Of a DNA stretch of 51,776 bases, positions 12,090-22,957 are shown piece by piece. The stretch spans positions 1 through 51,776 of the forward strand of contig NW_021834163.1 in the NCBI RefSeq assembly GCF_006345805.1, read 5' to 3'. Position 1 is the stretch's first letter; each line of letters starts with the position of its first letter. The position numbers and the translations under genes are program-made. Under the pieces are notes generated by a model. The model saw only the letters and a list, made by a program, of their open reading frames with translations. It was not told where the DNA came from and did not search any database. Source of the stretch: Octopus sinensis (taxonomy: Eukaryota).

Positions 12090-14722
12090 TTTTTCTCTTT
12101 GTCTTTTGTTTTTTGTAGTTTCAGCTCAGAGCTGTGGCTATGCTGAAGCACCGCCGTTTTCCTACACTGTTATTACTGAGATCCTCATCTAATATGTTTA
12201 GAATGGAATTTGTTGCAGCTACCCTAATTTGCACCACTTGCCGTGAGGTAGGTTCATCTGGGACTCTCGACAGGAAGATGTCCAGCCTATATTTAAAAAG
12301 GCCTACATCTACTTTGTGCAGGTTCCTCAGACTCTTTGGGAGACTATTAAAAAGCTGTGGGCTTCTGAAATCCAGGCTGTTGCAGCAACTAGTCCCGAAG
12401 CGCGATGGCATTGTTGGAATCTTTGGCACTATGCAGTGTTGTTCCGTTCTGGCATTGGTGTAGCTTTCAATGCCAAAATTTGGCACAATTCCTTCCAGGA
12501 TCTTCCAGATATATATTACTGCATACCTCTCCCGTCTTCTCTCCAGGGAGTAGAGTCTTAGCTGTTTCAGCCTTTCCCAGTAGTTGAGCAGTTGAAAAGA
12601 GACGATCTTCTTTGTGAAACTTCGCTGGATTGCTTCAAGGTCCGTTCTTACTTTTACACTGTTGGGTGACCTTAGCTGGGAGCAGTAATCCAGGCGGCTG
12701 AGAATGAATGTCCTCCATAGGACCATCATAGTTTCCTTATCTCTGGCTCTGAATGTTCTCGGGAGCCAGCCAGCCAGCCATTCGTCTGCACTTTGTCTCC
12801 GTCCTGGTGATGTGCACTTGGAAAGAGGTATCATCACTCATGTCGATACCCAGGTCCTTCACTGATTTAGGCTCTGGGATTGAAATTCCCCGTGGACCGG
12901 TGTACCCTGTAAGTTTCATATTCAGTTTTGGATGCTGGTAGCGCAGGGCATGGACTTTTTCAGCATTAAACTGCATGTTATCCTCAGCCCATCTGTAATT
13001 TGAGCCCAACTCCTGCTGCAGATGTGCAACATCGCTGGGGTTCTGTCTTTTCTGCGAGACCTTCGTGTTGTCTGCGTAGCTTGCAAAGGTGGCTATCTGA
13101 GTAGTTAAGGGCATATCTGAGAGGGCCACTATAAAAAGTAGAGGTCCCAAGAGAGTGCCTTGTGGAACAGTGCTCACTATTTGTGTGTTCATAGAAGTGG
13201 CTCCATTAGCCACTACTGCCTGACTTTTATCTTTCAGAATGTCATGTAACCAATATGCAAGTTTTCCAGCAATGCCAAGATCACGCAAAATCAAGGTATA
13301 TTACGTCCACATTTGATTAGTTGAGTAACTGCCTCAACACCAGTCATAATGTTGTAAGAGCTGGGTCAGGCAGCTCCTACCTGGTCGAAAACCATGCTGA
13401 GCATCACTCAGCAAGTTATTTTCTTCAAGGAATGCGATTAGTTTCCCTCTGACTATCCGTTCCATGACTTTGCTGATGTGTGAAGTCAGAGAGATAGGCC
13501 TATAGATTTTGGCATCTACTCTGCTTCCCCCTTTATGGATTGGGCGTATTATTCCCTCCTTCAGCTTGCTTGGCAGTCTGCCATTTGCAAGAAAGCTCTG
13601 GATGAGAATCTGGAGGGGCTTTTCCAGGGCATGCTTACACGATTTGAGGAGGATTGCTGGAAAACCATCAGGACCAGCAGCTGAGTTTGCGTCCACTTTC
13701 TCTATGGCTAGTAGTATATCTTCTTCGCTAATGTCGATGTATTCCATCATAACTGCCTCGCTGGTTATTGGTGAGGCGGCAAAGAAGTCTACTGGTTCGT
13801 TCACTTGTCTGTGTCCCAAAGGGGTGGTAAAGACACTTTTGAACTGGTCATTCAGTACCTCACTGATGCTGGTTTGACTGTCTGTGAGGGAGCCATCGTT
13901 TTGGAAGAGGGGTCCTATCTTGCAGCATACTTATGTTGTTTCTTTGGCGTAATGAAAGGTTTTTGGCTTTGACTTAATGTTGTTCATAATCCAGTCTTCT
14001 TTGTCTGCTCTTTCCCTCACATAGGATTGTTGCAGGTTTTTTTAAATCTCATCAGTGTGGTTTTTAGGCGGGATGTTTCGCTACTTTTGGGATATTAGTG
14101 GAAGCGATTTGCCTATGTGGTTTGGAGCATCCGGTGGGCAATATGTATTGCATATGACTATATTGTGTTGTCTTATGTATACAATTAGAGTGTCACATAT
14201 CGAATTTGAGTTTGACAGTAAGACGTAGGGTGTGAGGTCGTGACGGATGTATACAGAAACTTCACCATGGCTCATTTTCCTTCTGTCTGTTCGCTGTATT
14301 GCATAGTTTGGTACTTGTACTTCTGCATCCTCTATATCAGGGCTGAGGTATGTTTCCACGAGTGCTATGAATAGGGCTTGATTGTATGCAGTAAGATCTC
14401 TCAGGAAGAAAGATTTGCTTAGGTTATGATGCAACAGGCCCCAATATTTAGTAAAGATATTAGCCTGACGACTGTGCAGGCGTTAGGGGCGGTCATCCCC
14501 TGTCTGTTGACTGTGGTGGCCTTGCGCAGTGACGAGCAAGGTTCCTTGTTTGCGCTTGGTGTAGCCAGGTCAGCTGCTGCACAATCTTTTGTGTCTTGTA
14601 CAAAAAAGACTGTTGCTCAGCTGCTGCGTTGCGCATAATCACTGAGAGCGCACGTCTTTTCTAGACTTTTTTCCTTGGGGACGATTTTTGTCTTTTTTCA
14701 GGGAAGTTTTTCTCCTTAAGGC
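12090..14722 (-). mobile_element. Decayed CR1-like LINE (APE with internal deletion, RT, 3' tail)
   Basis: ORFs 14081-14434 (APE), 13334-13819 (GPDGFP..YRPISLTS..QHGFR), 12737-13294 (VPQGTLLGPLLF..YADNTK) and 12121-12837 (C-terminus). Confidence 0.9.
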
Positions 14723-14929
14723 TTCATGAAAAATGCATTAAATACTACAAAACGTACACGTAGGACAGACACAGAAGGACCCTAATTCTACTTCATTTAT
14801 CGACCAAAAATACTAATACTCAGTTTGGTGCCTTTAACGATAAGAATGAGAAATTCGTATATCGGCGGTACCCACAAGATTTGCGCAGAATTAGGGCTCG
14901 AGCAAACAAGAAAAAGTGAAGGGAGATCA

Positions 14930-15215
14930 AATTGTAGGAAGATAGTAAGATTCGAGCAGTCCGTTGAAGGTGTATAAAAACCAACTTTCAGGGAAAATAA
15001 TTGTTTATTGACACAGAAGGTTGTAAGTTTTCCCGTATCAAAGTTCGATAAGTTGAAAAAATTGTTTTATAGCTTAGGGTTAGTAGTAGGAGTTGATGTA
15101 TATGCGAATAGAAATCAATATTAGAGAATTATGTAAATAAAATCTAGTCTAGCAGAACCTCCGAAGTAGTTATTACCCAAACGTGGGGTAATCCGATAGC
15201 AACTCATCAGGCTAA
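14930..15215 (-). repeat. Interspersed repeat, second copy at 49178-49470; probable Penelope terminal-repeat derivative
   Basis: aggaagatagtaagattcgagcagtccg...tacccaaacgtggggtaatc..ctcatcag is shared between the two loci; CUGAUGA on the minus strand. Confidence 0.7.
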
Positions 15216-15292
15216 AAATACCTTTATTAAAAGGAGTTAATATTATCATCTAGGGATCCCACATTGACTCGCAAGAGACTCCCTAATTCTGG

Positions 15293-15345
<53 letters not shown>

Positions 15346-15354
15346 ATTAAGAAA

Positions 15355-16423
15355 GAGAGAGCAAATTTCAAAGGTCAGTGTTCATATTCACTCAATTTCA
15401 ATTTGTTGGAATTCTCCACAATATACATAGGCCCATTCATATACACAAGATATAGTAAAAATTCATAAAATTTATAAATATATAAATATATCAAAATATA
15501 AATACATAAATGTACTTGCGATGTTGAATGTCCGTATTAAAATCAATGAGGAGGTTAGATGAGAAAGTTAGTATAAAATGATTTTAAGAGGAATCCTGAA
15601 TAAGTGCAAAGTCTGACGGCCGTTTCGGGAAGATATAGGTTGGTATGGGCGAGCTAACTCCAACCATAACAATCATCAATACATCTCTCATCAGAGTTAA
15701 AAAGATTTAAAGAGTTGTTAAAATTTTAAAAGCCATGAAAGATTTGAGAATATTTAAAAACAATACTGTTCAAGCGGATGATATGATTAGAAGTAAAATT
15801 GATTTCTTTATTAGGCACAAAAGCCCGAACACAGAGGGGACGGTACACGGACAGACAGCGACAACACACGTGGGGACATCAATTACGATGAATAAAATGA
15901 ATAATAATATGAGGATGAATGTCTTACCTGAGCCCCAGCCTCAGGCAGTTACGTGTTACTGTTCATTTCTTCAAATTTTCAGTTCCTTATCTTCATAAAT
16001 CTTTTTAATTTTCCTTTGGCCATACTAATTAGAAGTAGAGTTACACGTTAAGATTAATTATGACGCTATACATAATAGAATTTTAAGACGAATCCAAATA
16101 TCTGAAGGGGGGGGGACTAGATTAAAATCCTATAGGTTAATTATTTTGGGGAAAAAATTTTGAAGTTGATACTTATCTATATCTACACTTAAAAATGACA
16201 TCCGATATCTTATTAAGTAAACGTGGATCGATTCCTTCGTACATACGGACATTCAACATCGCAAGGATATTTATGCATTTATATGCTGATATATTTATGA
16301 ATGTTTAATATTTTTACATATTAAAAAAAAAATTATATATTTATAAATTCTTCTGGATTTTTATTATATCTTGTGAGAATTCCGACAATTTGAAATGGAT
16401 TGACCTTTGAAATTTGTTCTCTC
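15355..16423 (-). mobile_element. Inverted-repeat element with an internal minus-strand hammerhead motif
   Basis: Diverged arms 15355-15537 and 16243-16423. Minus strand reads CUGAUGA(15694-15688)...GAAAC-GGCC-GUC. Confidence 0.65.
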
Positions 16424-16660
16424 GTAATTTTCTAATCTTGAAGCTCTATTAGAGCGTTAATTAGTAATTAGTACTGCTGTACAAAGTGAATAATTATACC
16501 ATTTACTTCTTCATTATATATATTTCTTATCATTCACACACACACACACACACACATACACACATATATATATATAGAATATATGTATTGTTTATATATA
16601 TAATACAAAATATAAATATATATATATACATACATGTATACATACATATATATGTCCCCC

Positions 16661-16730
<70 letters not shown>

Positions 16731-16741
16731 TTTCTTTACTA

Positions 16742-16960
16742 CCCACAAGGGGCTAAACATAGAGGGAATAAACAAGGACAGACAAAGGGATTAAGTCAAT
16801 TACATCGACCCCAGTGCGAAACTGGTACTTTATTTATTGACCCCGAAAGGATGAAAGGCAAAGTCGACCTCGGAGGAATTTGAATTCAGAACGTAACGAC
16901 AGACGAAATACCGCTAAGCATTTCGCCCGGCGTACTAACGTTTCTGCCTGCTCACCGCCT
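16742..16960 (-). mobile_element. tRNA-derived SINE with Nin-like central domain
   Basis: Minus strand: A-box-like ggcagaaacgttag, B-box-like gaattcaaattcc, then gtcgactttgcctttcatcctttcggggtc..agtaccag. Five or more copies in the window. Confidence 0.8.
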
Positions 16961-17252
16961 TTTATATATATACATATATATACTTCGTATTACACTGAGT
17001 AGCGGTGCACGGTACCAGACTTTTTCATTTGAGTTAAATACAACAAATCACTAAAAATCGTTGTTAGAATATCGGTATAGGTGGAGTCAAGACTGTCTCG
17101 AGTCATCTTGCTTGGTATAATGACGTCAAACCAAATAGCGGTATTTTGAAATCACTTAGCAGTAAATCGGTGACTAAGTTAAGAGGGTAGATGTGTATAC
17201 ACAAGGGGAAAATGATTTCAATGTATCACCATTTGGTTTGACTTCATTATTG

Positions 17253-17299
<47 letters not shown>

Positions 17300-17328
17300 A
17301 TATGTATTGTTTATATATATAATACAAA

Positions 17329-17391
<63 letters not shown>

Positions 17392-17406
17392 GTATATGTA
17401 TAATTG

Positions 17407-17439
<33 letters not shown>

Positions 17440-18131
17440 CATACATATACATTTATATACATATACATATATGTATATATGTATGCATACACACACATAT
17501 ATATCTATATGCATAGACCTATGTATGTTTGTGTGTATGTATGTATGTATGTATGTATGTATGTATTTATGTATGTGTCTTTGTATGCATGTATATATGT
17601 ACATACAGAACCGAGCTAAGTCCTGCTCCAATAATTCTCTTATAAAGGCCAGATGGATGCTATTTTCGTGACTTTTAATTGAGAAATCGTGATTTCGTGC
17701 TTTTTTTTTTCTTTCAAGGGTTTGAGTGTTTAATAGATGTGAACTAAAGTGTTTGGAGCGTTCCAGATAATGGCACTCTGACAAAATTAAAAAAGTAAAT
17801 AACGAAGCAACAATATAACAAATATAAACAAGTAGAACAGAGTTGGATTTATCAAAAGTAAAATAAAATAAAAGACAATTCCGTTGGCGAATGTAACTCC
17901 TACACATCAGATTGTTGCGCCGCTTTTATATAAGTGCTTTCTAAATTACTCTGCAATTGCATAATTCTCACATTTCCGGCACCAATTCTTTTCCCAGTCA
18001 CCGGTCTGTTGGAGCACCAATTCAGATAATAGTTACTAAATTTGGTGGACCACATTAGTTTTTTTTAGTACGGGCCAACTCTAGTGATACGTCTCATTTA
18101 CTTAGGAACTCGTTAATTATCTACCGGCCCA

Positions 18132-18329
<198 letters not shown>

Positions 18330-19029
18330 ATCACCATCACTTCACTTTTATTCTCTACATTTTTTTGCAAGCAAACACTTCCGCTTACTTACACATACTG
18401 CTCTCGCTCTCACGCACGTGTCTGCGTATGCATTCATACATAGACCCGAATGCAAATTACACATTAAAATCGTTATGCGTAGACACACGAAATCAAATAC
18501 ACACATATATACGCACACATACACCTACACACATTTATGCCAGTCCAGAGATTTATTGTGTACGCAATAATTGTATGCATGTTCGCACGCGCGATCGTGT
18601 GTGTGTGTGTGTGTGTGTGTAAGTATGTGCATGCGTGTATATATATATATATATACGCAATTAAATCTGTGGGATTTTCATAGACGGAAGTGGGTGTCCT
18701 AGATACATCGCAATGTATCTGAGTTAAAATAACCATTTTTAACTTTTAACTTTTAACCCACAAAGAGACAGAGGAGTGGTGCCACTGAAATAACTAACAG
18801 AAGGATCAGGAGACTACCGAAGAAACCTTTTAACAGGTCCTCACCCATTCAAACCTCCACATATAAATATCAACAACCAGCCCTGTCTGTATCCCTAATT
18901 TCTGCTGGAATCGCGTTGTGAACTCGAAACCCCTCACCAGATTCTTTGATAGAAATAAATTATATACAGAGATGTACTTGCATTGCGAGTGACTTGATCT
19001 GAGATCGTGTGCTGGAACGAAAACGATTG

Positions 19030-19331
19030 CAGCGTGGAAAGTATTTATAAGCCATTTAAGAAACACACAAAAACCGTTAGATTCACTTCAACTTTTGAAT
19101 TTAATTTGTCAAAATATTTTCGTCGCTTTGAGACCGCGACCTGTTCACTGACAAAACTTCGTGCTGCACGAAGATTTTTCGTGATGCACGAAGATTTTTC
19201 GTGATGCACGAAGTTTTGTCAGCGAACAGGTCGCGGTCTCAAAGCGACGAAAATATTTTGACAAATTAAATTCAAAAGTTGAAGTGAATCTAACGGTTTT
19301 TTTAAATGGCTTATAAACACTTTCCACGCTG
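19030..19331. repeat. Near-perfect 302-bp palindrome with a central 20-bp tandem repeat
   Basis: cagcgtggaaag...acaaaacttcgtg / cacgaagttttgtc...ctttccacgctg. The ORF track shows the same peptide on both strands. Confidence 0.92.
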
Positions 19332-20623
19332 AAATTATATACAATTTAGCTTATAAAAATAGATAAAACTCTTCTATGGAGAATATCATTAGGTATATTA
19401 TTGCTGTTTAGCCCAAGATCAACACTGACATTGAGTGGAGCTAGGGTTAACGGCTTTCCAGCCATGACCAACCCACTTTTGTTTTCAGATATTCTGTATC
19501 AAAAACTAGCATGAATGCATATGCATATTTTACACATATACATATATATAAAATATATGTAAAAAATATACATATTTTACTCACACATATATAATATATA
19601 TATATGTGTGTGTATGTGTGTGTGTGTGTGTGTGTATTCATACATACATATATATATGTATATATTGGTAAAAACGGTAAGATAACAAAAGAAAGAAAGA
19701 GACCTCAATATTATGTAAATAGAGGAAATTTATCTGTAGAATAATATGTGACAATTATTCAATAGTTGTGGTTTTTGTGTGTTATTTATTACATAACTGA
19801 AGAAATAAATTGAGAATATAAAGTTGGTTTAGGGAAAAATGATAATTCCAAATTTCTGTTTAGGGACTTAATCTCGAAATTATGGTATGGAAATTGATTT
19901 ATGAACATGTTTGTCGGCACCAATATATTTTGGGGACCTACGAACCATACAGAATCAAAAGTTAATAAATAATGGCATAGCTGAACAGTTTACCAAATCC
20001 TTTTTATATTTCTTGGCACAGAATCTATATTCCTTGCAGTAAACAGGTTTGTTAGTCTTAGAGTGAAGGAATAAAAAAAAAAGCGACTGGAAACATACAG
20101 CGTGTTCGGAATAGGATCAATCTACTACTGAGCTAAAGGGTTTATTCGATTGGTGAACTGAGGTCATTAACAGAAAAAATATTGCTTTTAGGTAACAACT
20201 AACAAATGTGGGGTCGATTCGTCTTACCACTCACATATATTGAACTAGTTTAGATCTAAATAAAACTACCATTTAGTCACTTCTATCTCTTATGATCTAT
20301 GAATGAAATAACCTGCTTTTACAGTTTTTTTCTTTGTTATTTATTCAGCAAAGTAGCGGCAGACCTCATGACCTTTTTGCAGGAATCTCTGTAAATGGTG
20401 GGAGGAATGGTGAAGGGAAACTACGACTCATTGGTTAATGCAATAGGAAGCAGCACCACTCATGATCGAGTTATGACTGATTGGGACAGAGTCAATGAAA
20501 TATGACCTTTAATTTTAACTGTTTTCTTTGCATCAACTCAAACGAAACATTTCTAATGCAACGATAAAATATGAGCTGTGTGTATATATATACACATACA
20601 TATATACATACATACATACATAC

Positions 20624-20655
<32 letters not shown>

Positions 20656-20779
20656 CCCATGCTGGAATCATTTCAGTTGAATGGCTACGGAGCATTCCAA
20701 TATATATCGTTGCCTATATCTTTGAAATATTTTGTCTCGATATCAAATCGTATTTCCCTTAATAATTATTATAATAACG

Positions 20780-20985
20780 GCTTCAAAATTTGCTACAAGA
20801 GCAGCAATTTTGGGGGAGGGGGGTGAGTCGATCACATCGACTCTAGTGTTCAACTGGCACTTATTTTATCGACCCCGAAAGGATGAAAGGTAAAGTCGAC
20901 CTCGGCGGAATTTGAACTCAGATCGCAACGACGGGCGAAGTACCGCTAAGCATTTCGTTCAGAGTGCTAACGATTCTGACAGCTC
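20780..20985 (-). mobile_element. tRNA-derived SINE (Nin-like family)
   Basis: Same family as 16742-16960. Confidence 0.8.
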
Positions 20986-22182
20986 TATTAATACACTTAT
21001 CTTTCGATATTTTACTCCAAAGACACATGTCCCCTCTCCTCCACCTATTCCCCCTCAACCCTGACTCGTTACATGTATGTCATTTAGAGTCCTACGATCA
21101 CTGTGCGTTCTCGAAATTTCTATCATTTATATATTTCCTTCGCCATCACTTCAGCTACAACCTCCTTCTTTCAGTTAGCACATCATGGTCTTATCGCTTT
21201 TATTCGAAGCAATTTCTATAATGTACAGGACATGCTAGCTATATGTAAACCATAACGGCCTTCTTATTTATTTTGCGACGTATTTTGTGTAAAGAAGTCA
21301 AAGACACGTCTATGATCATCTTTGCGTCTCCCGGGTGGGAAGAAGACAGGAAACCACCCGCCAACTGTTACCATGAACCAAAAGCTTGCAAAAGAGTGAA
21401 CTCCACTAAAATCACCCGTGGGCTAAGTGATGGGATTAAACTGGGAAACGGATTAAAATTTACCGCTGACGCTCAAACGATGTCACGCGACTGCATTGGC
21501 AGGTCCCTCAGAAGGCGATTAGGTAGTGTTTTGTAAAAAAAAAAAAGCTGTGAGGGCAAAAGTAGAACAAATGTAGAACTGTTGAGCAAATTATAGTTAG
21601 AAGATTGTTAACAGTGAGAATAGATATGGTCTGTGCGTGAATATGTGTGTGTGTATATGTAGTTATATATTCGGCTTGGCACAAAACTGAATGTTTTTTT
21701 GTTTTTCATTATTCCCGTTATTCTGCTCGTAAAATTCTTTCCTACGAAGAGTTTGGAAGCAAAATATCAAGAACTCTTCCACTCTCTTAATCTCTCATTG
21801 AGTGCTAAACTAATAATCACGTTCTTTTTTCACTTTGACTGTCCGTCGGCTTCTTCTATGTAAATCTTGAATCTGCGCATGCATTCGTGCACACACACGC
21901 GCATCCCCCTCAGCATTTCACTGTCTTTTCCATTTCTTTTTCCTAATCGTTTATGTAAATCCCCACACAAATTACTAACTTTCTTAATCATGTCTCCCTC
22001 ATCACTTCTGGCTAACAAAAGAAACCATTATCATTTTGATGAAAACTTCCCGCACATTTTGCTGGATTTGATGACAGAGTCACCGCCAGCAGACTAAGGT
22101 GACACTTGTTTACTGATCATGCTTCAAGAACCGTGCGGAGAATTCTAACAGTTCAAAGAAATTATTATTATTATTATTATTA

Positions 22183-22214
<32 letters not shown>

Positions 22215-22828
22215 GAATGAGAGAGCCGCGCAGGCCATCAAAGTGGCACTGGGGTAAAATATGCGAAGCCCATTTTCCCTTCATGATTACCTGTCTGATA
22301 AGAGTACAACAGGCTCATGCATCACAACCATATGTGCGCGACATGGGGATTTGATATCAAGACAGCGCATAACCTTTGCAGGAGAGACCCAGTCAGGTTT
22401 TTCGTCAGGTCAAGTAGATCTCTCTGCTCAAAAAGGTTGTTTAAGGATGTTGAACGAAACACCTATGTTTCCAGAGGTGAATTATTCAAACCCCAAAGAA
22501 TCCCTCTCAACACATGGCTATGATGCTCCCCCACTACTTCTACTCGTGATCAGAGATGCACATATTGTCAGCCTTTAAGGGACATGCTCAACAGATTAAA
22601 GTCGAACAAATGACAAGCAAATCTGTGGTATTGAGCAGAATATTTGCTGTAGCCCATCTTTTATACCAAGACAAAATGATGTACATGATAACACTTCCAA
22701 TCAGTTAAGATCACAAGCCATGAGAGCCACTGCCTGGTACTGCATCAGGGCATTATATTATTATTATTATTATTATTTATTATTATTATTATTATATTAT
22801 TATTATCATTATTATTATTATTATTATT

Positions 22829-22869
<41 letters not shown>

Positions 22870-22889
22870 TATTATTATTATCATCATCA

Positions 22890-22953
<64 letters not shown>

Positions 22954-22957
<4 letters not shown>

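Noticed and set aside
16880-16960. tRNA-like A/B boxes (also 32560-32631 and 41778-41845)
   Set aside because: These are SINE heads with no complete cloverleaf, and they are attached to repeat bodies.
21273-21536. 87-aa ORF in unique sequence
   Set aside because: No recognisable motif and no convincing splice sites or start codon.
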